A DNA stretch of 64,000 nt, from the IMG/VR virus record IMGVR_UViG_3300045988_146036, positions 1-64,000 of that record; one strand, given 5' to 3'. Positions 8,346-16,158 of the stretch are shown here, piece by piece. Within the stretch, counting starts at the first letter, position 1; each line of letters begins with the position of its first letter. The translations under genes and the position numbers were made by a program. The notes under the pieces are model-generated. The model did not search any database and had not been told where the DNA came from. It worked only from the letters and a program-made list of their open reading frames with translations. The DNA is from a virus.

Positions 8346-8699
8346 TTACTTACATAATGATTCTTTAATGTATATCTTGAATCTACATCCATTATAACAC
8401 AGCTTTGAAAAGCTGTCAACAGGAATTTTAAAGATTGATTGAAAATTTTCATTCTCAGAACTTGTATCAATACATATAAGAAATTCCTTTGAAATATAGA
8501 CTACAAAACCATAAGTAAAATCCTCACCCCCCTCATCAATAACAATGCGAACAGGATAATGATTTGAAGCATAAATACAACTTGCTAAGAATTTTAAATT
8601 GCCAGTATTTACTACCAATTTATCACTTGACTCTGTAAGTATGTATTTAGGGAACTCTTTTTTACGTTTAATTTCAGTTACCGAGATTTTCATTTTCAA
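8346..8699 (-). CDS. hypothetical protein (117 aa)
   Basis: ORF; promoter at 8735-8763. Confidence 0.4.
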   Translation of the reverse strand: MKMKISVTEIKRKKEFPKYILTESSDKLVVNTGNLKFLASCIYASNHYPVRIVIDEGGEDFTYGFVVYISKEFLICIDTSSENENFQSIFKIPVDSFSKLCYNGCRFKIYIKESLCK

Positions 8700-8734
8700 T
8701 CACCTATAAATAAAGCCTTTCTGAATGTGCTTTT

Positions 8735-8763
8735 ATTATAACACACCCAAAAAGGCTTGTCAA
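8735..8763 (-). promoter_or_regulatory. sigma-A type promoter TTGACA-N17-TATAAT (extended -10)
   Basis: Minus strand reads TTGACAagcctttttgggtgtgtTATAAT. Confidence 0.6.
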
Positions 8764-8769
8764 CTACTT

Positions 8770-9852
8770 TTATTCTTCTTTTAGCAAAAAAGTTGGGGAA
8801 ATCGCTTTAAAGGAAATTCCCTGCTCATAATTTCTGCAAACAATACCTTCACGCTCTTGTGTATCAAGTAATACACTTTTACCACTCGCAAGATTGTTTA
8901 AGGTCTGTAAATCACTTGGCACATTGATACGCTTATAAACTACTGGCACTGTTTTAATGCGAAATTCTTTAAGAAGCTCTTCCATTTTTACTTGTGAAAC
9001 TTTAATGCCGTCAAGAATTAAATTATAAGCATAAAAATCATACCCACTAATCTTATATTTATTAGCTTGGATATTTTGCCCAATAATCTCACCTTGTAAA
9101 ACAACTTTTCTAAAGCCAAAGCAATCTTGAATCTCCTTTAAAGCCTCCTCAATCTGAAAGCGTCTTGCAATTTCCCAATAGGGCGAATTATCTTCCTTAC
9201 GTAGCCAAATATTTCTACTGCAAACCCCAAAAGTGCCGCCGTCTAAAAAGAAAGTTGAACTGCAGCCGTCGATTTTCTCTGTACAAGTTAGCGGAACACT
9301 ATCAGAACGCCATTGTTCAAGCTTATCAGTAATATTTTGCCAGCGTTCTTCATCAGTCTTGCTTGCAATGTAAGTAGGGAACTTTTCATTCTGTACATGG
9401 AATTTTGCATATAAGCGTCTAAACCAACGGAAACGCATTAAAGGCTTCCATAAGAATGTGAATCTTCCTTTTGGGGCAGCAACTGCCATGATTTTATTCT
9501 CTGCTTCAAGTTGCGGGTCAAATTTCGTAATATTCAATACTTTAGTTACATCTTCACCAACAGCGTATTCTTTATTTGGCAAGTAACTTAAAGGCAGAAT
9601 CAAACCTTGTGAAATCTGTTTGCGCAATTTAATAGTCTTAATGCGGTACTTTCTGTCTTTAAGGAACGCAAATTCTGGTCTTGCAGGGAGTACAGAATCT
9701 ACTTCAATATACACTACTTTATCGCCTTGCTGAAAGTTGTCACTCTTACTTACAACACATTCCCAACCTTTTACAGTTGCTTTTAAAATTCTATCTGCAT
9801 TTGGAATAGGCTCTAATTTATCTATAATTTCTACACTTGCTAATTTTCTCAT
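8770..9852 (-). CDS. ATP-dependent RNA/DNA ligase, Rnl5/DraRnl-like (N-terminal OB domain plus nucleotidyltransferase)
   Basis: N-terminus MRKLASVEIIDKLEPIPNADRI (OB-like as in NgrRnl/DraRnl); motif I TEKIDGCS (KxDG); motif IV EGIV; motif V FKAISPTFLLK. Confidence 0.55.
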   Translation of the reverse strand: MRKLASVEIIDKLEPIPNADRILKATVKGWECVVSKSDNFQQGDKVVYIEVDSVLPARPEFAFLKDRKYRIKTIKLRKQISQGLILPLSYLPNKEYAVGEDVTKVLNITKFDPQLEAENKIMAVAAPKGRFTFLWKPLMRFRWFRRLYAKFHVQNEKFPTYIASKTDEERWQNITDKLEQWRSDSVPLTCTEKIDGCSSTFFLDGGTFGVCSRNIWLRKEDNSPYWEIARRFQIEEALKEIQDCFGFRKVVLQGEIIGQNIQANKYKISGYDFYAYNLILDGIKVSQVKMEELLKEFRIKTVPVVYKRINVPSDLQTLNNLASGKSVLLDTQEREGIVCRNYEQGISFKAISPTFLLKEE

Positions 9853-11741
9853 TTAACTACCTCCGCTTCTACTGTTTTTTCATCGTCTGTATCTTCCATA
9901 AAAATTCGTTCTAAAATGCCACCAGATTGGGGATTCGCACCATGAACAACAGTTTGCTCAATACTTCCACCTTTAATTTTTGTTTGTGAAACCATAACTG
10001 GTCGTCCTTTTACTTCGTCTTGCAAATCTTTTAACTTAGTTAAATACCCAAAAGCATCCTGCATTGCCTGTGAAGTAGCCTTTGTAGGTGTTCCACCCAT
10101 AGCTGTTTCAAGCATAAAGGCTTTTTGAGCACGTTCTATTGCTAAATCAGCAATAGCCGTCATTCCCTGTATAACATCTTCTTGTTCCCTGGTATTAAAT
10201 CTACGGAACATTTTATCATATGCACAAATATACCCTGCTTGGTACTCTGTACAGTTTGCTGCCATTACGCATCTATCACAAGAAAGTCTAGGTAAAGCTC
10301 TTGTGGAAAGCTTTTTCTGTCGCTTAACCTTTTTGATACCTTTTAAGATATTGCCATTTTTATCATAAATTGGTTTAATACCTTGTTCTATTAAAGCTTT
10401 TTCAACATCATCTTTATCATATCCAGAAGTTAATAATGCAGGTAGAAGTTCTCCACACTCTTCCCTACTCATTTCAACCTCTAAATACTCTTTTTCTGTA
10501 ATATAGTCCTCACGTTCAAGTGCTATACGCTGCCCCTCTTCTGGATTCTGCAAATTTGACAACTCGTTTCGCATACCGTCAACGTGTTCTTTGAAAGCTT
10601 CTTGCAAAAACTTTATACACTTATCTTTTGTATTATAGTTTGCACCTGTTGCACCAAACATTGCACATAAACCTACAAGGTCGTCAAGCTCATAGTTCTT
10701 GGCTTCTTTAGGCTCGTTTAGAAAAATATAAGCATCATGTAAAATTGTTTCACCCGCTGTTTGAGGAATGTTTGTATCAATTCCTGCTAGTTCTAAGCGT
10801 TCCTGCCAATCTTGCATATCCCCTTCAAACCATGCTGCATCTGGAATAGAGTATCTAGTGTTTGAACGTGCTTCCCAATATTTTTGTGGTCGCATAACAT
10901 TTTTAACGTATTCTTCAAACTTCTTATAGCTAATGGCGTTTGCTTTTATAAGCTCATAAGGAGATTCTATTTCAAGCAACTTCTCCTTTAACCCCAACGC
11001 CTTTAGCTTTTCCATGTATTCCGTTTTCCATTGCTGCTTTTCAAGGTGTTTCATTTGCCCTGCTTCAAAGTAGGTAATTGTACCAAATTGCGCACCTGTC
11101 AAATAAGTAGTAGAATCTGCGGAAAAGAATGGATAGCTCAATAATAGTTTATTGCCTGTAATTGCAAAACCATGAATAGCAGACTTATACCTTTTAGCTA
11201 TTTGGAATAATTGTGAAATGAGATTTTCCCTTTCCCCCATATCCTCAATAGTATGCTTTATCTCCATGTACGAAAATCCAACATATGGATGCTGTTTACA
11301 AAGCTTTTCAAAATGCGATAAATCTTTATCTAAATGATAAAGATAAATAACATTTATTCCTTCTCTTTCTAATGGATAGAAATACTTTTCACGCCAACCT
11401 TCTACAATATCCTCGCCAACAATACTATCAATATCAAGTTCCACGCAGGCAAAGATATAGTCACGATACTCACGTACAAAGTTAACATACTTTACTAAAT
11501 AATCTTCCCACCATTCAATGGTCTTATTATTAAACTCTTTATCATTAAAAAAAATATAAGCACCACTATCAATTAAGACTTTCATTCCTCTATGGGACTT
11601 TAAGCGTTTTACAATTTCATCTAATCCACGTTTACGAATATACTTATAGGAAAGTAGCACATTCTTTGTTACAGAAGATGCTACTTCCCAGTTTTCTTTA
11701 GGCTCAACGCCTGATAATAAAAGCGTAAAATCACCTTTCAT
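9849..11741 (-). CDS. tRNA-guanine transglycosylase superfamily protein, DpdA-like (candidate 7-deazaguanine DNA transglycosylase) with C-terminal extension
   Basis: VLIDSGAY matches the TGT substrate-Asp motif (L/I)(T/I)DSGG(Y/F); Cys cluster SCDRCVMAANC as a candidate Zn site; adjacent to queC. 630 aa is much larger than typical DpdA. Confidence 0.45.
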   Translation of the reverse strand: MKGDFTLLLSGVEPKENWEVASSVTKNVLLSYKYIRKRGLDEIVKRLKSHRGMKVLIDSGAYIFFNDKEFNNKTIEWWEDYLVKYVNFVREYRDYIFACVELDIDSIVGEDIVEGWREKYFYPLEREGINVIYLYHLDKDLSHFEKLCKQHPYVGFSYMEIKHTIEDMGERENLISQLFQIAKRYKSAIHGFAITGNKLLLSYPFFSADSTTYLTGAQFGTITYFEAGQMKHLEKQQWKTEYMEKLKALGLKEKLLEIESPYELIKANAISYKKFEEYVKNVMRPQKYWEARSNTRYSIPDAAWFEGDMQDWQERLELAGIDTNIPQTAGETILHDAYIFLNEPKEAKNYELDDLVGLCAMFGATGANYNTKDKCIKFLQEAFKEHVDGMRNELSNLQNPEEGQRIALEREDYITEKEYLEVEMSREECGELLPALLTSGYDKDDVEKALIEQGIKPIYDKNGNILKGIKKVKRQKKLSTRALPRLSCDRCVMAANCTEYQAGYICAYDKMFRRFNTREQEDVIQGMTAIADLAIERAQKAFMLETAMGGTPTKATSQAMQDAFGYLTKLKDLQDEVKGRPVMVSQTKIKGGSIEQTVVHGANPQSGGILERIFMEDTDDEKTVEAEVVK

Positions 11742-11743
11742 TT

Positions 11744-11968
11744 TTAATTACGCCCCCAAGGTGTGATTCCTTTTCTATTTTTAGTTTTCCAAGAAGTTCT
11801 ATTCATAAATCTATAATATGGATTCGTTTGTAAATTATTTGTGTCGCCTGTTCTTCCCTGCTTAACACTTAAAAATCCACCTTTAGTCTTTTCAACACTT
11901 CTTGCTGCAATTTTAATCTGCGGAACAGAATTTTTCTTCTCCGAATTAGATTTATTTGCCAATCTCAT
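11744..11968 (-). CDS. small basic protein (74 aa)
   Basis: Lys/Arg-rich ORF between queC and the DpdA-like gene. Confidence 0.3.
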   Translation of the reverse strand: MRLANKSNSEKKNSVPQIKIAARSVEKTKGGFLSVKQGRTGDTNNLQTNPYYRFMNRTSWKTKNRKGITPWGRN

Positions 11969-12548
11969 TCCCCTCCTTCAAAAAATAACTAGGGTACCTA
12001 TGTGCTACACGCCATTTACAATTCTCACAAACACCACAAGGCTCGCCATTATCAGAAAAGTTACATGAAAAAGTATCCTCTAATTTTACACCAAGCCTGC
12101 ATCCAATCTTGAAAACATCATCTTTTGTAAGGTCTATGAAGGGTGCTAAAACTTTAACATTTGGAAATTCAATACTTAAAAATGAATTAAGAGCATCTAA
12201 CCATTTATGTGTACAGTCTGGGTATCTAGGAAAATTCTTAATAATTCCTAAATAAATATTTAAAGACTCTCCAACATAAAGCTTTGCAATAATATCCATT
12301 ACAAATAGAGTGTTTCTGTTTGGGATGTAATCTTCACCTAATAAATGTAAGTTAAAGTGTGCTAAATAATCTACATCATTATTAAACTTTTGTGAAAGAC
12401 ATTTAAACTCGTTTAAATTATATGTGCCACCTTCAACTTTAGTATAAAGCGCATGATAAACCTTTAAATCTAAATGCTCATCTTTTTTCAGATAATCATA
12501 AAGTACGGTACTATCATACCCACCACTCATACATATAATATTAGTCAT
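11952..12548 (-). CDS. queC: 7-cyano-7-deazaguanine synthase QueC
   Basis: N-terminal PP-loop ICMSGGYDST (SGGxDS) and C-terminal zinc motif CGVCENCKWR, both QueC hallmarks. Confidence 0.7.
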   Translation of the reverse strand: MTNIICMSGGYDSTVLYDYLKKDEHLDLKVYHALYTKVEGGTYNLNEFKCLSQKFNNDVDYLAHFNLHLLGEDYIPNRNTLFVMDIIAKLYVGESLNIYLGIIKNFPRYPDCTHKWLDALNSFLSIEFPNVKVLAPFIDLTKDDVFKIGCRLGVKLEDTFSCNFSDNGEPCGVCENCKWRVAHRYPSYFLKEGNEIGK

Positions 12549-12549
12549 T

Positions 12550-12861
12550 TTATTCCTCTTTTATAATATAATATCTAAGACTTAATTCTAAGCTTTTCTT
12601 TAGAAGAAATGTATTACTGCCAAAGATAATGACTGAAATATCCCCAAAAAGCATATCTAAGTCTTTAAAATCGTCTTTAGTACACTGTACTAAATGTATA
12701 TCATTCTTACCTGCCCAATCCTTTAAAAATGGTTCTAAAATGGAGGGAATACCCCCCACGATAACGCAAGTTCCTTTAGAACCATTAAAATGAAAAGATA
12801 AAACATCTAGCACATGATAACTTGTTCCTTTAAAATTTTCAAAACTCGCGATGACGTACAT
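12550..12861 (-). CDS. hypothetical Rossmann-like protein (possible SLOG / nucleoside deoxyribosyltransferase-like)
   Basis: Likely start MYVIASF (12861); motif TCVIVGGIPS; weak family assignment. Confidence 0.3.
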   Translation of the reverse strand: MYVIASFENFKGTSYHVLDVLSFHFNGSKGTCVIVGGIPSILEPFLKDWAGKNDIHLVQCTKDDFKDLDMLFGDISVIIFGSNTFLLKKSLELSLRYYIIKEE

Positions 12862-13252
12862 TTTTATCCCTATCCTCACAAATCGGTACAACTGCTTTAT
12901 CATCAATATACACATCTGCATGGATTTTTCTTGCACGTCTTGAACCTTCCCACGATTTAAGTTCCTCTGGAAAACATTGCTTTACTTGTGGCAAATCATC
13001 ATTTACTGCATCAAAGATTAAGCCTCTATAAAGACACCAACGTAGTGCCTCTTGTAAAAACTTACCTTCCCTGCAAGTCCACAAAATAAGCTTATGCCCC
13101 CTACGTTGCAATTCCTTGCAAAATTCCGTGGCAGGAATAAACTTTCCAACTTCTGTCTTATCGAGCATAAGTGTAGAAAACTTTCGCTCTTCCCCAATGT
13201 AAGGATATTGACTATTAACCAATGTACCGTCAAAATCTATTGCATAAATCAT
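12839..13252 (-). CDS. HAD-superfamily phosphatase (probable 5'-deoxynucleotidase)
   Basis: Motif I IDFDGTL (DxDGT) immediately after the probable start MIYAIDFDGTL; downstream KIHADVYIDDK as a candidate motif IV. Confidence 0.5.
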   Translation of the reverse strand: MIYAIDFDGTLVNSQYPYIGEERKFSTLMLDKTEVGKFIPATEFCKELQRRGHKLILWTCREGKFLQEALRWCLYRGLIFDAVNDDLPQVKQCFPEELKSWEGSRRARKIHADVYIDDKAVVPICEDRDKNVRHREF

Positions 13253-13566
13253 TCTGTACACTCCACTGTACGGATACCATGCGCCCATGTATCTACAATT
13301 TCTTTAATACTATCATAGGTAATACCACCTAGGATTGTTAAAGCTGTAGAACATTCATCCTGCGCAACAGGGCATAATTTTTTATCATCCCAAGAATTAA
13401 AATGATAAAGATAGTAATAGTGCTCTTTCTCACCACCAAAAAACTCTAAAACATAAATTGGTTTACCACAAACGGGACATTTAAAATAACCAATAACTTC
13501 TTGCTCTCCCCAAGGAAACAAGATGTTCTCTTTTTCAAGATGTATAAATTCCATTGAATTACTCAT
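13249..13566 (-). CDS. hypothetical Cys-containing protein (105 aa)
   Basis: CPVCGKP motif; no QueD signature (CxxxHGH absent). Confidence 0.35.
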   Translation of the reverse strand: MSNSMEFIHLEKENILFPWGEQEVIGYFKCPVCGKPIYVLEFFGGEKEHYYYLYHFNSWDDKKLCPVAQDECSTALTILGGITYDSIKEIVDTWAHGIRTVECTE

Positions 13567-14186
13567 TGCGCAGTACCCCCTGTGATTAAATAGCTCATAG
13601 GCAACTTAGTTACACATTTGCAGAACCTCTGCCATTCTCTAGACTTGTGATGCTGTCTTTGTGCATACATCGTTTTAAGCTGCAAATAGTTTGTTGTCAT
13701 TCTTGCGGTTAAATGCAAGCCCATAGGAACATTACACATCATGGTGTCAAAATCAATCTTGCCCTCAGTGTAATCTTGAATTGCTCCAACTAAATTAAGC
13801 TTTGCTGTTTCAGTAACAGTAGTATCACACATTTTATCAATATCCATTTTTGTAAGGCAATGTACTTTACTCATTGAGCTTACGAAATCAAACCAGTGAT
13901 AACGCTGTGCCTGCTGCCACCAATATTGAGGTGCATTAACATCCATTTGCACAATAATCCCCTTTAAAAAGTTATTATGCCCAGTTCCTGCAGCCGTACT
14001 ACCAAGCTTTAAAGCTCTTCTAACATGCGCACCTGCTTCTACAGTTCCACGCATAAAAATGTCTGCTGCTACATCAGATACTCCACTTTCAAATTCTTTT
14101 TCGGTAGGAGGCTTTGAAAGCATTGGATAGCCGCTTGCATAAATAGACTCTTCCAATCCATAAAGTTTAACATTAGTAATTAGCAC
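13563..14186 (-). CDS. ThyX-like (flavin-dependent thymidylate synthase family) protein with a divergent active-site motif
   Basis: GHNNFLKGIIVQMDVNAPQYWWQQAQRYHW aligns to ThyX [29 protein letters not shown], but the RHR motif is replaced by RYHW; GTG start. Confidence 0.4.
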   Translation of the reverse strand: MLITNVKLYGLEESIYASGYPMLSKPPTEKEFESGVSDVAADIFMRGTVEAGAHVRRALKLGSTAAGTGHNNFLKGIIVQMDVNAPQYWWQQAQRYHWFDFVSSMSKVHCLTKMDIDKMCDTTVTETAKLNLVGAIQDYTEGKIDFDTMMCNVPMGLHLTARMTTNYLQLKTMYAQRQHHKSREWQRFCKCVTKLPMSYLITGGTAQ

Positions 14187-14308
14187 TTTTTAGAACCCCC
14201 GATAAATGCTTTCTGAAATTGTCTTAAATTAAAAGCTTGAAAAATAGCAGGCAATTCTCTCTTTTTAGGTTTAGTGTTCCAATTTTTAGTGTGTAATCTT
14301 TTTTGCAT
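14180..14308 (-). CDS. small ORF (42 aa, basic), translationally coupled
   Basis: GGAGA RBS, ATG at 14308-14306 placed directly after the upstream stop; its stop overlaps the GTG start of the ThyX-like gene. Confidence 0.3.
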   Translation of the reverse strand: MQKRLHTKNWNTKPKKRELPAIFQAFNLRQFQKAFIGGSKKC

Positions 14309-14310
14309 TT

Positions 14311-14709
14311 TTAAATCTCCTTTTTAAATAAATCATTAAGCACTCTAGGAACGTAGACACGCTCGCTTTGTGTTTTAACCAACGCTTTTTTCATGTTATT
14401 AGTTGTTTTGCCTAAATTTACCTTTAAATTATGTGAGCCAGAAAGAAATTCTGCCAAAGGCTGTGTAACATCTAGGAAGTCTTTATCCTCTCGTCTTTTT
14501 TTGCTAATATCACGCATTAATTGACAAATTTTAGTGCGCGTACTGCGCTCCGTAGGATAGTTCAACTCACAAAAATGTCGAATATCCCCCAAAGCGCAAT
14601 CATTCTCATGTACAGCATCATATCGGATTCTACGCTCCGCTTCAATGGCTACAATTAGGTCTTTAAAATCTTCTACAATTTTTACTACGTTTTCTTTAGT
14701 GTATTCCAT
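14311..14709 (-). CDS. hypothetical protein (132 aa)
   Basis: ORF with AAGGAGG RBS downstream of the promoter at 14731-14759. Confidence 0.4.
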   Translation of the reverse strand: MEYTKENVVKIVEDFKDLIVAIEAERRIRYDAVHENDCALGDIRHFCELNYPTERSTRTKICQLMRDISKKRREDKDFLDVTQPLAEFLSGSHNLKVNLGKTTNNMKKALVKTQSERVYVPRVLNDLFKKEI

Positions 14710-14730
14710 AGCTTACCTCCTTATGTGTAT

Positions 14731-14759
14731 ATTATAGCACACCTTAAAGGTATTGTCAA
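14731..14759 (-). promoter_or_regulatory. sigma-A type promoter TTGACA-N17-TATAAT
   Basis: Minus strand reads TTGACAatacctttaaggtgtgcTATAAT. Confidence 0.6.
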
Positions 14760-14766
14760 CACTTTT

Positions 14767-15351
14767 CTAAAGCAATTTATGTAACTTTAAACCTGCTCTT
14801 GCATTTAAACGGTTTTTGGTTAAGAAAGTTTCTATCCTTTTAAAAATGTTTAAATCGTTTTTAAAAGGATAAAGTGTAACCATAGCAGATGTTGGATACT
14901 TCTTTAAAACCTTCTTTACATAATCAAAGTCAGAATCATCTTTTATTACGAATTTAACTTCATCATTACTATGTAATAATCTTAAATTATTTAAGATATT
15001 TTCATTGGCACAGTTTATAATTACACTATAAGCATAAGTTCTGTCATATAAACAATCTTCTAAAGGGATTCTACAAGACGTTTCCATAGTTACAATATAT
15101 GAGTATGCTAACAACTCATATACAAGTGTATAACTATCTTCCTGCAAAAGCGTTTCACCTTTTATACAAACATGCCTGTTTCCTAATTTATTTACTTTTG
15201 AGAGAATTCTATCTATTGACCAATCTGTGCCTTTGGCTAAATCAATAGGCTCTTGTATAAAAGTCGTTGCATATCCTGTGTACCTGCCCTCCCCCTGTAA
15301 AGCCGAATAAATTTCACATACTTTCACTTCGCCCAAAACCTCCCCAGTCAA
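14767..15351 (-). CDS. QueE-like (7-carboxy-7-deazaguanine synthase family) protein lacking the radical-SAM Cys triad
   Basis: EIYSALQGEGRYTG matches QueE EIFxxxQGEG; KGETLLQ matches GGEPLLQ; C-terminus KFVIKDDSDFDYVKKVLKKYP matches B. subtilis QueE VVIFNDEDLEFAKTVHKRYP; but no CxxxCxxC follows the FIQ segment. Confidence 0.5.
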   Translation of the reverse strand: MTGEVLGEVKVCEIYSALQGEGRYTGYATTFIQEPIDLAKGTDWSIDRILSKVNKLGNRHVCIKGETLLQEDSYTLVYELLAYSYIVTMETSCRIPLEDCLYDRTYAYSVIINCANENILNNLRLLHSNDEVKFVIKDDSDFDYVKKVLKKYPTSAMVTLYPFKNDLNIFKRIETFLTKNRLNARAGLKLHKLL

Positions 15352-15712
15352 GCTTAACTATCCTACCGTTTTTAGTACCAAAGTTTTCCAAGGTGCTATC
15401 CTCCAATAAAAAAGCAAGCTCATCACCTGTAACTTTATTCTTAAAATAATCTCTTACTAGATTGGCGCAATCAACACTGCTTAAAGACTTAGCTAAGGGC
15501 TGCACCCTCTCCATTACATTGCACCAACCAAAAGGGAATGAAATATATAATTTAGCTAAATGCTTGCTTTTATTCCTGTATTCCCACTCCTTTAAGTTTT
15601 GCTTACGTCCGTGGTATGGAAAACGTAAGTATGGAAATTTAATAGCAAGATTTCCTATTAAAATTACATACCTTGAACCACCACGTACAGTAGTAAAAAA
15701 ATTATCGTACAT
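15314..15712 (-). CDS. hypothetical protein (132 aa)
   Basis: ORF with GGAGG RBS. Confidence 0.35.
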   Translation of the reverse strand: MYDNFFTTVRGGSRYVILIGNLAIKFPYLRFPYHGRKQNLKEWEYRNKSKHLAKLYISFPFGWCNVMERVQPLAKSLSSVDCANLVRDYFKNKVTGDELAFLLEDSTLENFGTKNGRIVKLDWGGFGRSESM

Positions 15713-15755
15713 CTGACTCCTCCTAATAAAAATAGCCCCTATATAGGGGCTATAA

Positions 15756-16037
15756 TCAATTCAAACTTATAAAAAGTTTGATAACTGTTCTTTCTTCACC
15801 CTCTATAAAAGCGGTATCGAACCCTGGCCTTACAACCAAATCCCTACCATTAGAGGCTAAAAATCCACGAGCAACTGCAACTGCTTTAACTGCTTGACTT
15901 ACTGCTGATGCACCACAGCAATTAAGTACAACATTTGCTGCTACGGTTTCTCCGTCACCCTTTACAGTGTGTGCAATACTTCCTGCAAGCTTTTTAACAT
16001 TGCTAGTGCTGCTTACTCTGAAAATTACTTCCTTCAT
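15756..16037 (-). CDS. spoVS: stage V sporulation protein S (SpoVS) homologue
   Basis: 93 aa; AVSQAVKAVAVARGFLASNGRDLVVRPGF...EGEERTVIKL closely matches the SpoVS consensus NQAVKAVAIARGF...GEERTAIKL. Confidence 0.7.
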   Translation of the reverse strand: MKEVIFRVSSTSNVKKLAGSIAHTVKGDGETVAANVVLNCCGASAVSQAVKAVAVARGFLASNGRDLVVRPGFDTAFIEGEERTVIKLFISLN

Positions 16038-16129
16038 AACTAAAATTCCTTCCCATAATTTCTACACGTTTATACAATGATTTTTCTAAGATTATAGCCG
16101 TAATTATTCAATTATAGTTCTACTTTATT

Positions 16130-16158
16130 ATTATATCACAAAATTCTTGTTTTGTCAA
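16130..16158 (-). promoter_or_regulatory. sigma-A type promoter TTGACA-N17-TATAAT upstream of spoVS
   Basis: Minus strand reads TTGACAaaacaagaattttgtgaTATAAT; about 85-nt leader. Confidence 0.55.

Noticed and set aside
12550-13566. Search for QueD (CxxxHGH) and FolE (CEHH, QVQERLT) among the small ORFs of the modification island
   Set aside because: No ORF contains these signatures. The 105-aa and 128-aa proteins are left as hypothetical rather than called QueD or FolE.
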